Below are positions 1 to 11,005 of a stretch of 64,000 nucleotides of DNA, one piece after another (the first letter of the stretch is position 1; the number at the start of each line of letters is the position of its first letter). The DNA is taken from contig JBCCWC010000004.1 of assembly GCA_039194325.1 (NCBI GenBank), positions 64,001 to 128,000 of the forward strand, read 5' to 3'. Below the pieces are notes generated by a model. The model worked only from the letters and a program-made list of their open reading frames with translations. It did no database searches and was not told where the DNA came from. The position numbers and the translations under genes are program-made. This DNA is from Myxococcota bacterium. GTDB lineage: Bacteria; Myxococcota_A; Polyangia; Nannocystales; Nannocystaceae.

Positions 1-2
1 CC

Positions 3-2186
3 GTATACGGCCGGCTCGGTGGCAAAGACTTCGAGCACACCCACCCGCTGACCCGCACCGGCGGGGTCACCGTCCAGGTGGTCCCGCGGCTGTGGGCCGC
101 GGCGTACATCGAGCGCTTGCTCGGGGACAGCCGAGGCCCCGAGGCTGTGCGCGGCAAGATCCTCTCGCTGGGCCTGGAGTATGGCTTGATGAGCCCCTAC
201 ACCTCGGTGCTCGCGCTGGAGAACGAGCAGGCCTACGCGGCCTCGGGGATCCAGCGTCGGCAGCGAACGATGGGCGGCGTTCGCCTGACCGCCAACCTCG
301 CCCAGCGGGTGCCCCAGCGCGTCCCGCCCTCGCGACCCGACACCAGCGACGTGCTGGCCGGGTTCTTCAGCGCGCCCTTCGGCTGTCAGGCCCAATCGCC
401 CCGCTCCGGCGACAACGCACAGGTGGCAGCGGTCGTCCAAGAGGCTCCGAGTCTCTCCACCCCCGCGGCATCGACCCCAGCTTCACCCCCCCCTCCCCCG
501 CCTGTCGCGGCCGAGCCCACGCCCGAGCCCGCGCCCGAGTCCGCGCCTATGGCCCAGCCCAAGCCCACGTCCAAGTTCAAGCGAGCGAGCGCCGAGGACA
601 CCAAGCAGAGGTTGGCGGCCGAGAGGTCCACGCAGATCATCCAGACCGAGACACGCGGAGCGAGCGTCGAAGAGACCATCGCCGGACTACCGGCCGGCGG
701 CAAGGAAGGCGACGGGGCTGCCGACGATACGCCCGGGCTCGCCGAGGTCCACGAAGACGTGAACCTACCGGCCAAGCCCTTGAGCAACCAGACCGGGCGC
801 ACGAAGAGTCCACAAGAGGATCGCCAACGAAACCGACCCACGGTGCGCTCCAATGTCGTCCGCAATCGCTCCCTGCCGTGCAGCGATGCCTCGGCCCGCG
901 GCCTGGTCCACCGACGGATCCTGTGGCGCAAGCGATTGCGAGCGGTCACCACCATGACCGAAGCGCTCGAGATCTACGAGGCGTCGGCGGGGAGCTGCGA
1001 GATCCGCAATTGGAAGGACCAGCGCACCTTCCTCGGCTTGCTCCAGGGCCAAGCCCGCACCGAGGCCAACATCGACCTGATGCTCGGTCACTTCGGCGAC
1101 GAATCCGACGCGGCCCGCTACCTCGCGCGGGCGCTGCTGCGGCGCCTGGTCGACCCCGCCCTCGTCGCTGCGGTGGATCGGGCCATGTTCGGCGCGCAGG
1201 TCGACTGGAGCGACGTCGACCGCCGCGTGGTGTTGGCGCTGACGCCGGGCGACAAGCTCGAGATCGTCCGCGGCGCCCTGGCCCGCGCCCCGGGCGATCC
1301 CGAGGGCGAGCTTCGAATGCTGGAGCTGCTGGTCGCCAGCGACCGACTCGACGAGGCGGTCAGCCGGGGCCGACGCTTACGCGAGCAGGGCCTGATGACT
1401 CCCGCCCTGGCCCAGTCGCTGGGCGAGATCATGGTCGCCCACGGCCAGACCGAGGAGGCGCAGCGCCTGTTCTCCGAGCTGGTCGAGTTCGATCCCGCCA
1501 GCCCGGTCAGCCGGCGCCTGCTTGGCGACATCTTCTTGCGCCATGGCTGGTACGACAGCGCCTACCGTCAGTACGAAGATCTGATCGAACTCGATGCCGA
1601 AGATCCGCTCGCAGCGATCCGACTGGCCCGCGCCGCGGCCGGGACCGGCCGGGTCGACGAGGCCCTCCGAACCTTGCGCAAGATCGCGGCCGGCGAAGGT
1701 CGGCCCGGAGCCGACGACCCACGCCGCTTCGCCCGGCTGCACGCGGCCGCCTACCTCGCCGAGCTGCTGCAAGACGCCGACGACTCGTCCGAGATCCCCC
1801 GGGCTAGCATCGTCCGCGAGCTCCGTCGGCTCCAGCTCTTCGACGGGCCGTCCACGTGGACGCTGCTGGTGTGGGAGGATCTGCAGGCCCAGCTGGTGAT
1901 GGCGCCGATCGATCCCGCCGCGCCGGCCTACACCGCAGACGCCCTGAGCGCAGCAGATACCGGGCTGTTCGCTCGACAGGCGCCGCCGGCGGAGCTCGCC
2001 GCGCTGACCGTCCGCCACGCGGGGGAGGTCATGAACCGAGCGGTGAAGTTCACGAAGCTCACGATCCGCTTCGATGGAAAGGAGTTCAGCGTGGATCGCG
2101 AGCAAGGGGAGCTACCCGCTCGTCAATCACGGTTGATCGCCACCCCCGACGAAGAGCCCGCCGAACCTACCCTTGAGCCCGGCTAG
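3..2186 (+). CDS. VIT/vWA (inter-alpha-trypsin inhibitor-like) protein, C-terminal part with Pro-rich linker and TPR repeats; 5'-truncated by the window
   Basis: Frame is open from base 3. 'RLWA..YIERLL..ILSLGLEYGLMSPYTSVLALE' is the typical post-vWA motif of VIT proteins. TPR-like helices follow (RRLLGDIFLRHGWYDSAYRQY). Confidence 0.7.
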   Translation, partial: VYGRLGGKDFEHTHPLTRTGGVTVQVVPRLWAAAYIERLLGDSRGPEAVRGKILSLGLEYGLMSPYTSVLALENEQAYAASGIQRRQRTMGGVRLTANLAQRVPQRVPPSRPDTSDVLAGFFSAPFGCQAQSPRSGDNAQVAAVVQEAPSLSTPAASTPASPPPPPPVAAEPTPEPAPESAPMAQPKPTSKFKRASAEDTKQRLAAERSTQIIQTETRGASVEETIAGLPAGGKEGDGAADDTPGLAEVHEDVNLPAKPLSNQTGRTKSPQEDRQRNRPTVRSNVVRNRSLPCSDASARGLVHRRILWRKRLRAVTTMTEALEIYEASAGSCEIRNWKDQRTFLGLLQGQARTEANIDLMLGHFGDESDAARYLARALLRRLVDPALVAAVDRAMFGAQVDWSDVDRRVVLALTPGDKLEIVRGALARAPGDPEGELRMLELLVASDRLDEAVSRGRRLREQGLMTPALAQSLGEIMVAHGQTEEAQRLFSELVEFDPASPVSRRLLGDIFLRHGWYDSAYRQYEDLIELDAEDPLAAIRLARAAAGTGRVDEALRTLRKIAAGEGRPGADDPRRFARLHAAAYLAELLQDADDSSEIPRASIVRELRRLQLFDGPSTWTLLVWEDLQAQLVMAPIDPAAPAYTADALSAADTGLFARQAPPAELAALTVRHAGEVMNRAVKFTKLTIRFDGKEFSVDREQGELPARQSRLIATPDEEPAEPTLEPG

Positions 2187-2261
2187 TGCCCATTGCCGGG
2201 AGTTCGTGCCGGAGCCCATCGATCACCATCGTCACGGCTCGACACGAGCCATCGAGCCAGC

Positions 2262-2738
2262 CTACTTGACCTCGAAGACCTCGTAGATGACACCACCGTC
2301 ACCGGTACGCCCCTTGCCTACAGCAATGATGCCGTTGAGCCACGCATACCGCTTGTCCGCTGTCTCGAACACGGGGTTGGTCCGAAAGTAGTAGCGCTCC
2401 TGGGCACCCTTCGGATCGTCGCGCTTGGTGAAGTCCAAGGCGTAGGCAAAGCACTCCTCCGAGGCGACCAAGCGCCCCCCGTAGGTCATCAGAATGAGCG
2501 CACCGTCATGTGTCTCTAGGGTCAATCGTACATCGATGACGACCGATCCGTCGGCCCGCAACTGGGACCAATCACCCCCGGACATCGGGATGACGCTCCC
2601 TTTGAGCTTAGGGCCCTCGAATGTGCCCGATAGTGCCATGAAGATCATACGATGACCTCCCGGGGTCGACCCGAGATCCATCGGGGGTTGAAGGGGGATC
2701 TTGATCTCGAACAGGAACTCGGTTTGTAGCTCGGACAT
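2262..2738 (-). CDS. DUF3237 (UPF0311) family protein
   Basis: Motifs LGSTPGG.R..GTFEGPKLKG..GGDW..DVRLTLETHDGALI..YFRTNPVFET...YAWLN; 158 aa. Confidence 0.88.
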   Translation of the reverse strand: MSELQTEFLFEIKIPLQPPMDLGSTPGGHRMIFMALSGTFEGPKLKGSVIPMSGGDWSQLRADGSVVIDVRLTLETHDGALILMTYGGRLVASEECFAYALDFTKRDDPKGAQERYYFRTNPVFETADKRYAWLNGIIAVGKGRTGDGGVIYEVFEVK

Positions 2739-3062
2739 CGTCGTCTCGTCTCACCTTGTGCCACGAGGTCATCAGAGGGACGATGCCCCCGAACGCTGGC
2801 CGAAGATCAGCCTATCGCCGCAGCGCCGTAAGTGCGAGACATCACCGATGATGAGGTCCGAAATCTACCGAGTGGTTGGCAGATCCACGCGTCGCCCCCT
2901 AAGGGATGCCCCTCCTCGCTGGTCGCGCGGCCAAATGGCGCCCTTCGACCGTCGCTCCCCACGGCTCATCGGTCGTTAGCGCCCAACCGAACGCTCTTGC
3001 CCGTGCCTGGTCTACAGTCCGGTGGCGCAGCCCTCGGGCGGCGAGGGCTGCACCATCGATTG

Positions 3063-5543
3063 CTACAGCTCGAGCGTGACGAGCTCAGGGTCGGCTTCGA
3101 TCTGCCCGTTGGTGAACGGCAATACCATCCAGTCGTTGCTGGACCACCGGGCGACCTGATCGAGAAACCACGGCGAGCGAGCCTCGGTAGCTTGACTGTA
3201 GGGCAACAAACCACTGGCCTGAGGATCTCCATCACCCAGGGTCACCACGTGCAGGTAGCTCGCGCCATAAAGAGACTCGGGCTCCACCCCGCTGAGGCTG
3301 CTCACCCACCCGTCGAAGGTATAGAAGCCATCGACGCTGACCATCGCGTCGAAGATCCCCTCGGCTTGGAGCCCGCCTGGCATCGCCACGCTCCCCGATG
3401 GGGTCAGCACCGAGTGCACATCTCCCCAGGGAGCATCGAGGGCAACGCCCGCCTGACCCAGCGAGACCGAGACTCGCGCGAGCGCATCGCGAACCGCCGC
3501 GCGCACCGACGGATCGGCGGTGTAGCCCGTCGGGGTCGCCAGCGGAGCGGCCAGCGACGCAGGAACCTCGAACATCAGCGAAGGATCGGGAAGGGCCATC
3601 CATAGGCCGCGGAACACCGCCGCCCCAGGGCTAGCCACGGTATTGCGACGATCCCAGCCCGCCAGCGCGCTACAGGCCGGGCCCAAGTCGACGAGCATCC
3701 CCTCGTGCTCGCCAACCGGGTTCGCCTGGCAGTCGGCGACGATGCCATCGACCAGCAGCTCGCCACCCCGATTGCGCGCCTCGAAGAATACCTCTTGGGC
3801 CTGCTGCGCCGTAAATCCCGGCCCGCGCCCGTCGGCACCCGTCAGTCGATCTTCTATCATGTGCAACCCCAAGCTAGCCCGCAAGCTCAGGCCGGCCCCC
3901 TCGAGCCCCAGCACGGGGGAGAACCCCGTCAGCAGCTCGCCGAGGTTGGGGAGCTCGTGCGAGTTGTTGCTGTTGGCGACGTAGTCGGAGCGTAGGGCCC
4001 CAGGCAGTTGCTCGGGCGGCAACAGCCCGCTCCAGCCACACTCGGCCCGCGAGCCATCGAGCACCACGATGCCGAACGACAGCAGCGCCGAGCCCGTGGG
4101 CGTGGTCACGCACTCGGTCACGTGCTCGGTGCTGACGTCGGGAACCGCCGATATATCCCCGAACAACACCTCCCCCTGCGAATCGCTCGCCACCACATAG
4201 GACCACGGGATCCCCTGGAGCTCTTCCAGCGAGTCGCGAAGTTCCTGCACATGGCTCGCCTGAGCGATCCGCAGCAGCTGCTCGACCAATCGAGTGTTGG
4301 TCGCGTTGACGTCCTGCACGGCGAACGCCGTGCTCGCCGTCCACGGCAAGAAGAACGAAGGCGCGTCGATCACCGGCCGCGATTGCGCGCGATAAAAGGG
4401 CACCGCGCGGGGCTTGGGCTCACCGAGCACGTCGATGGAGAGCACGTCCTGCTCGATCGTCTCGATCGCGCCGTCGACCGTATACGACAGCGGATCGCCG
4501 GTCAGCGCCAGCTCGGCGACCGTATAACGCGAGGCATTCGAGAACGTCAGCCCCCACGCGATCTGGCGGGAAAAGCCCGCTGCAGGCAACGCAAAGCCCC
4601 CCAAGGCGGCTCCCATCACGTCCAGCTGCCCCGGGATCGTCACATGCACCATGTAGAGGCGCTCGATTCCCGCCCAGGGAAAGTGCGGGTTGTATAGATG
4701 AAGCGAGGTACCGTCGGTGGTCGCGTCCTCGCCGATCGCCCACGCGTTGCTGCCCACGGGAGGGCGACTCGCCGGTGGCCCTTGCCAGGGCGCGGGGCTC
4801 GGAGGCTCGGCCCCCATCGCCGCGTCGGGGGGCGAAGCGGCCACCAGGGGGATCAGCGACTCCCCGCTGGCCACCGTGGCCGCCGCGACCCACAGCCGAT
4901 AGAGGTCGGCCGCGGTCAGCTCGGCGGTGAGCTCCACCTCGCACGCCGGACTACCGGGGTGGTCGTCGAGATACCGATTCACGCCCGCCGCGTAGCCCTC
5001 GGCAAGCTCGACCACTTCGGGAGCACCCGCCGCAAAGCCGGCCTCGATCGCTGCCGGATCGAACCAGCCTCGATAGAAACGATCCGACTGGAGCGCCGAA
5101 ACGGTCACGTCGTGTACGTGGTGGGTCACCGGAGCATCCGCACCCAGCTGGGCGGCGAGCCGCCCGTTGACCTCTTCAATCCGACGCACCAAGAGGCACC
5201 GATTGTCCTGCGTATAGGCGTAACCCACCCCGTAGCCGATCCCGAAGTAGTCGTCGGCGCTCACGTGCACGATCCCGTGGCTCGTGCGCCGCAGCGTCAC
5301 TCCCACTCCGGGGTCGACGTCGGTCTCCGTCTCGTCGGTGGTCGAACCGCTCGTCGCCGTCGACGACCCCAGCCCCGTGGAGGTCGCCGTAGAGTCCACC
5401 GCGTCAGTCGACGACACCGGCGCTCCGGTCGTCGGGCCCATGGGCCCGCTCGTGGTAGAGCCCCCCGGCTGCTCGGTCACGGGGTCGGAGGTACAGGACG
5501 CGCCGATCAGCACGGCGAGCATGGACACTGGAAGAAACCGCAT
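3063..5543 (-). CDS. Penicillin/AHL acylase family Ntn-hydrolase (PvdQ/aculeacin acylase-like), lipoprotein
   Basis: Lipobox LIGASC. Alpha-subunit RRTSHGIVHV..GIGYGVGYAY. Beta-subunit start GSNAWAIG, NPHFPW, YVANSN, YSQA. GAGGAG RBS upstream. Confidence 0.88.
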   Translation of the reverse strand: MRFLPVSMLAVLIGASCTSDPVTEQPGGSTTSGPMGPTTGAPVSSTDAVDSTATSTGLGSSTATSGSTTDETETDVDPGVGVTLRRTSHGIVHVSADDYFGIGYGVGYAYTQDNRCLLVRRIEEVNGRLAAQLGADAPVTHHVHDVTVSALQSDRFYRGWFDPAAIEAGFAAGAPEVVELAEGYAAGVNRYLDDHPGSPACEVELTAELTAADLYRLWVAAATVASGESLIPLVAASPPDAAMGAEPPSPAPWQGPPASRPPVGSNAWAIGEDATTDGTSLHLYNPHFPWAGIERLYMVHVTIPGQLDVMGAALGGFALPAAGFSRQIAWGLTFSNASRYTVAELALTGDPLSYTVDGAIETIEQDVLSIDVLGEPKPRAVPFYRAQSRPVIDAPSFFLPWTASTAFAVQDVNATNTRLVEQLLRIAQASHVQELRDSLEELQGIPWSYVVASDSQGEVLFGDISAVPDVSTEHVTECVTTPTGSALLSFGIVVLDGSRAECGWSGLLPPEQLPGALRSDYVANSNNSHELPNLGELLTGFSPVLGLEGAGLSLRASLGLHMIEDRLTGADGRGPGFTAQQAQEVFFEARNRGGELLVDGIVADCQANPVGEHEGMLVDLGPACSALAGWDRRNTVASPGAAVFRGLWMALPDPSLMFEVPASLAAPLATPTGYTADPSVRAAVRDALARVSVSLGQAGVALDAPWGDVHSVLTPSGSVAMPGGLQAEGIFDAMVSVDGFYTFDGWVSSLSGVEPESLYGASYLHVVTLGDGDPQASGLLPYSQATEARSPWFLDQVARWSSNDWMVLPFTNGQIEADPELVTLEL

Positions 5544-5567
5544 CGGATCGCTCCTCGTAGGTATGGA

Positions 5568-6632
5568 CTACGTCACTCCCACCCACCACCCCGACTCGGC
5601 CCCGAGGCGGAGCCAGCGACCGAGCTCTTGCTCGAGCTGCGACCGCTGGTCGGGCTTGCAGGCCGCGCGTACGGCCTCTAGCGCCTCGCCCACCGTCTCC
5701 TTGGCGGCCCGGGCCAACAGGCGGGCGAAGATCGGGTGCACCCGAACCGAGCCCACGGCCCGGGGACCCCGATGGAACACCCAATAGTGAGGGTGAGGGT
5801 GTTGAGACACCTCGACCGCACGGGTCGTTGCCGGCTTGCGATAGCCCAACGCCGCCAGCTCCCAGTCCTCGCGCACCAGGCTGAACGACGCCGAGAACCT
5901 CAGGCGACATGGGGCCAGTCGATCCGGATCGACGATAGGCTGCTCCCAGCGCACGAACGAACCCGCGAGCATCGCCCGGCGTTGCGCTTCGTCCATCGAT
6001 AAGGCCTGCCGCACGAGCGTGAGCGGAGCCGGGGACCGAGCCAGTTGCTGACAGCAAGGGTCGGTGCGCGCTCGCTCGTCGAGCGGCAGGTCACAAAGGC
6101 GCGTCTGGTCGACCTCGTAGGCGCCGCGCGAGGACGTGCGCCCCGCCGCCATGCCCTGCAGAGCACGGCCGATCCGGCCGTGAAACCCGTTCGCGCATTG
6201 GTCGAGATCGTGGTGAGCCGGTGGACGCTCGCTCAGGTGGATCTGGGCGAGATGATTGAACCGCCACGGGCCCAACACATGCGTCAGCCGCCGGAATGCG
6301 GTCTGCATCGTGTTGAACAGCCGCATCCAGTACTGCGATTGGTACACCTCGAGGCGCTCGACAACCCCCGGCTCGCTCCCGCCGGCCAACGCCGTCGATC
6401 GTTCGAGGGCCGCGCGCAGGGCGGGCGAGCAGGCGTCGGGATCTGGCTCGAACCGACCACGCTCGGTCCGCAGCGGCGTCCGGAGCATCGCGCCGAACTC
6501 GCCCTGCAGCTGAGCCCACCACGCCGGCACCGACGGGTCCACCTTTGACGCGTGGGGGGCCGCCAGCGTGCGAGACGACGGGCCAGCCGATCCTCGTCGG
6601 GGGGCACTATCGGCCAGCTCCTCGTTGCTCAC
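5568..6632 (-). CDS. DUF2063-type MNIO partner protein (HvfC/BufC-like, putative DNA-binding domain family)
   Basis: 'ERLEVYQSQYWMRLFNTM...F..L..VLG...F..LA..HL...PP' motif. GTG start overlaps the DUF692 stop (GTGA at 6629-6632). Confidence 0.78.
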   Translation of the reverse strand: MSNEELADSAPRRGSAGPSSRTLAAPHASKVDPSVPAWWAQLQGEFGAMLRTPLRTERGRFEPDPDACSPALRAALERSTALAGGSEPGVVERLEVYQSQYWMRLFNTMQTAFRRLTHVLGPWRFNHLAQIHLSERPPAHHDLDQCANGFHGRIGRALQGMAAGRTSSRGAYEVDQTRLCDLPLDERARTDPCCQQLARSPAPLTLVRQALSMDEAQRRAMLAGSFVRWEQPIVDPDRLAPCRLRFSASFSLVREDWELAALGYRKPATTRAVEVSQHPHPHYWVFHRGPRAVGSVRVHPIFARLLARAAKETVGEALEAVRAACKPDQRSQLEQELGRWLRLGAESGWWVGVT

Positions 6633-7468
6633 GCGCGAACCTCCCGGGCACGTTCGAGCTGGCCGACCATCGTCGCGATCGGCGGGATCTGATGATCCCA
6701 CTCGAGCAGCGTGGGAAAAGGGCCACCCGCCTGCCACGCTCGCCGATAAAGCTCCCACACTTCATCGCTGACCTCTCGGTCGTGGGTATCGTGCGCGAGG
6801 CCATTGTCCAGCATCGAGTGCCCGGCCAGGTGGACTTGCAAGACTCGCGACCAGTCGATCGACTCGAGGTACGCGTGAGGATCGAACCCGTGATTGTGGG
6901 CGGAGACGTAGATATTATTGATGTCCAGCATATAGTAGCATCCCGATCGCTCGACCACCTGGCGGTAGAACTCATACTCGGGCATGGAATCCCGGGCCCA
7001 GGTCACATAGGACGAGAGGTTTTCGATCCCGAACGGAACCCCCAACAGATCCTGGACTCGGGCGGCGCGCTCGACCGCATAGTCGATCAGCGCCGGATCG
7101 TAGGGGCACGGCAACAGATCGTGGTGATGCACGCGCTCCGATGCCGTCCAGCACAGATGATCCGACGCATACGGGATCTCGAACTCCTCGATGAGCTGCT
7201 TGACCCGGCGTAGGTACCCTCGGTCGAGAGGATCGGCTCCCAACAAGTTGAGCGAGACCCCGTGCGCGACCACGGGATAACGCTCCCGGATCATCCGCAG
7301 GTGCCGACGAGGCAATTCCGCGACCCCGATGTAGTTCTCCGAGATGATCTCGAAGAAATCGACCTGAGCCCCGTGCTCCACGACCTCGGCGTAGTGCTCA
7401 GGACGCAGCCCCACGCCCACCGCGTCGGCGCCGAAGGCCGCCTCACTCGCCCGATGGCGACCACCCAT
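6629..7468 (-). CDS. DUF692 family multinuclear non-heme iron oxidative enzyme (MNIO; MbnB/TglH/BufB/HvfB family)
   Basis: GVGLR.EHY, FFEIISENY, HGVSL, SDHLCW, HDLLP, IENLSSY, LDINNIYVS, HLAGHS, HDTH, LLEWD. Confidence 0.93.
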   Translation of the reverse strand: MGGRHRASEAAFGADAVGVGLRPEHYAEVVEHGAQVDFFEIISENYIGVAELPRRHLRMIRERYPVVAHGVSLNLLGADPLDRGYLRRVKQLIEEFEIPYASDHLCWTASERVHHHDLLPCPYDPALIDYAVERAARVQDLLGVPFGIENLSSYVTWARDSMPEYEFYRQVVERSGCYYMLDINNIYVSAHNHGFDPHAYLESIDWSRVLQVHLAGHSMLDNGLAHDTHDREVSDEVWELYRRAWQAGGPFPTLLEWDHQIPPIATMVGQLERAREVRA

Positions 7469-7475
7469 CGTTCGA

Positions 7476-8693
<1,218 letters not shown>

Positions 8694-8822
8694 CGGGCTC
8701 CAGCTCCATCGACTCGCAGCGGGTCCTATCACACGGATTCTCCCTGGCGAAACGCGGCAAGTTGTCGCACGAACCCGGCGAGACGACAAACGAGCCAACT
8801 GCCACGCATCATGTTCATCTCT

Positions 8823-8857
8823 ATGTCGCATGTCGCATGTCGCATGTCGCATGTCTC
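8823..8857. repeat. Intergenic 7-bp tandem repeat (ATGTCGC)x4 plus one degenerate copy
   Basis: atgtcgc atgtcgc atgtcgc atgtcgc atgtctc, between two divergent genes. Confidence 0.9.
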
Positions 8858-8983
8858 ATCTCTGCGACTGCGACATCGGGTCCTGCGACCATCGGTCGCA
8901 ACGCTGGGCAATGCTGCGACATCGGGTCGCGCTGCATCGACGGAGAACGCTCGATACGCGGCGTTCGTGATAGTTGTATCTCG

Positions 8984-10189
8984 ATGATTCCACGTCTTCG
9001 GGTCGACCCGCTCGCGCCCCTTCGGTCATCAAGTCATCGCGTAGTGACCGGCCTGCTGGTCCACCTATTGCTGGCAGTTTCGGGGTGTAGTGAGCCTCCG
9101 CCCTCCCAGGAGCAGACCACTGAAGACTCGCCGACCGATGACTCCACCACGACGACCCCGAGCCCCGGGCCCGGATCGACCGGGATCGACCCGTCCACCG
9201 CTGAATCCACGGGCTCGAGCTCTACCAGCGAGGGATCCACCAACGAGGCGTCATCATCCTCCGCAGACTCTGGCGAGAGCTCGACGGGCGATGAGCCCTC
9301 ATCGGTACCTCAGGACAACACCCCCCCGGTCTTCATGACGTCGATCATCGGCCTCGACGGAGCTTATGACCCCGAGTCTGGTCAGCTGGGCGAGCTTTTA
9401 TGCACCACAGTCTCCGGCGGCCCCGAGCCCTACCCGGGATGCTTCCGGCCGTTTGCACACCCCGAGGCTCCCGCGGCGCCCGAGGACCTCGGCGCGATCA
9501 CCTTCATCGCCCAGGCCGATGCCGAGATCCACGCGGCCGCGGGAGGGTTCGTCGACCAGATCGAGTTCATCACCCACGATCACCTGACCCACTCGAACCT
9601 CTACCTGCTGCGCATCAGGCTCGGCGAAGACTCGGCGTTCTGGCATGAGTACATTCAGATCAAGGATCTGCTCGTCGAGGTGGGCGACCCCATCGAGGCC
9701 GGAGACGTCCTGGGGCGTCCGGGGGACTACCACGATCTCGAACATGCGAAGATCGGCTTCGGCGTCGTCCGCCACCAGGAGGTCTTTGCGAGGCTGTGTC
9801 CCACTCGCTTCGCCGACGACCCCGTGCTCGAGCAGATCGAGGCCGCCATGGCCGCGTCCAACGAGGCGTTCGGATCGGGGTGGGAGGCTCCCTGCCTCGA
9901 GCCCGCGCTGGCCTGCGTAAGCGAGCCGTGCGATCAGCCCGCCTCGTTCGTCCCGGTCGGAGGAGACATCGACCGCGGTCGTCGCCGCTACGAGAGCCAG
10001 TGCGCCATGTGCCACGGCGCCCAAGGCGAAGGAGACATCGCGGACCCGATCCTCGGATGTCGAAGCTGCGTGGATCAAACCACCCTCGCCGCCTTTATCG
10101 ACGCCCATATGCCGCCGACCGGTGCTAGCTGTAGTGGTCAGTGCGCCGAGGACGTTGCCGCGTTCATCCTGTGGGAGTTCCGCGGCTGA
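8984..10189 (+). CDS. Lipoprotein with a degenerate M23-like (barrel-sandwich hybrid) domain and a C-terminal cytochrome c
   Basis: Lipobox LAVSGC and a Ser/Thr-rich linker. EIHAAAGGFV..LLVEVGDPIEAGDVLG lacks the HxxxD/HxH motifs. RGRRRYESQCAMCHG..HMPP. Start uncertain (ORF open from 8681). Confidence 0.68.
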   Translation: MIPRLRVDPLAPLRSSSHRVVTGLLVHLLLAVSGCSEPPPSQEQTTEDSPTDDSTTTTPSPGPGSTGIDPSTAESTGSSSTSEGSTNEASSSSADSGESSTGDEPSSVPQDNTPPVFMTSIIGLDGAYDPESGQLGELLCTTVSGGPEPYPGCFRPFAHPEAPAAPEDLGAITFIAQADAEIHAAAGGFVDQIEFITHDHLTHSNLYLLRIRLGEDSAFWHEYIQIKDLLVEVGDPIEAGDVLGRPGDYHDLEHAKIGFGVVRHQEVFARLCPTRFADDPVLEQIEAAMAASNEAFGSGWEAPCLEPALACVSEPCDQPASFVPVGGDIDRGRRRYESQCAMCHGAQGEGDIADPILGCRSCVDQTTLAAFIDAHMPPTGASCSGQCAEDVAAFILWEFRG

Positions 10190-10339
10190 CCGGGCTCCGT
10201 GGGGATGACAGGCCCCAGCCGGTGGCACCAACCACCTCGAATCGATGAAAAAAGCTCATCGTCCGGTGGGCCCCGACGCCACATGGCAGGGCAGCCTCCC
10301 GACCATGCCTTGCTGCGGGGTCTGCTGGTCTACGAGCGA

Positions 10340-11005
10340 CTACTGTGCCCTGTACTCGAGAACAACACCCACGCGAAACCCGAGGTAGTCGCCCCGACAA
10401 GCGGCGCGGGCCTCGTGGCGCACGCCGGCGCGAAGGTTCTCGGGCGGGCGCGCCCACGAGGCCCCACGCCACGGACGCATCGCTTGGTCATCGGAGTCTC
10501 GCGATAGCTCATCGTTGCACCACTCCCATACGTTGCCGGCGAGATCGAGATGACCATGAGGACCCCGCCCTCGCGGGTAGCGACCCACGGAACAAGGGGC
10601 GCCCAGGTGACGGCTAAAGTTGGCGTGGTCGGGGGTCGGCACGGGCTGCCGACCCCACGGGTAGGCGTCGGCGACCCCTCCGGCGGCCAAGAACCACTCC
10701 GCTTCGAATGGGAGCCTGATCTGCCGACCCGTACTCTCGGAGCACCATCGCCCGTAAGCCTCGGCCTCCCACCACGAGACTCGCACGACCGGTCGCTGTG
10801 GGTGCGTACGCTGGGCTTCCCATCGACCCGGCGCAACGACGCTTCGCGCACGTCGCCAGCGCCAGCCCTCCTCGGACCACAGCGACTCCGCATCATATCC
10901 ACCCGCTTCGACGAAGGGTCGATACTCCGCGACCGTGACCGGGCATCGGCCTAGGCCGATCGTCGTGCTCGGCACGGGCAAGAACTCCTCGAGCCTCGTC
11001 GTCAT
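10340..11005 (-). CDS. SUMF1/FGE-sulfatase domain protein (PvdO/EgtB-like), probably without the FGE catalytic cysteines
   Basis: PVTVAEY..F, PVVRVSWWEAEAY..W, RLP.EAEW..AA, DLAGNVWEW, RGASW, LGFR. ATG overlaps the ABC gene stop (ATGA). Confidence 0.85.
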   Translation of the reverse strand: MTTRLEEFLPVPSTTIGLGRCPVTVAEYRPFVEAGGYDAESLWSEEGWRWRRARSVVAPGRWEAQRTHPQRPVVRVSWWEAEAYGRWCSESTGRQIRLPFEAEWFLAAGGVADAYPWGRQPVPTPDHANFSRHLGAPCSVGRYPRGRGPHGHLDLAGNVWEWCNDELSRDSDDQAMRPWRGASWARPPENLRAGVRHEARAACRGDYLGFRVGVVLEYRAQ

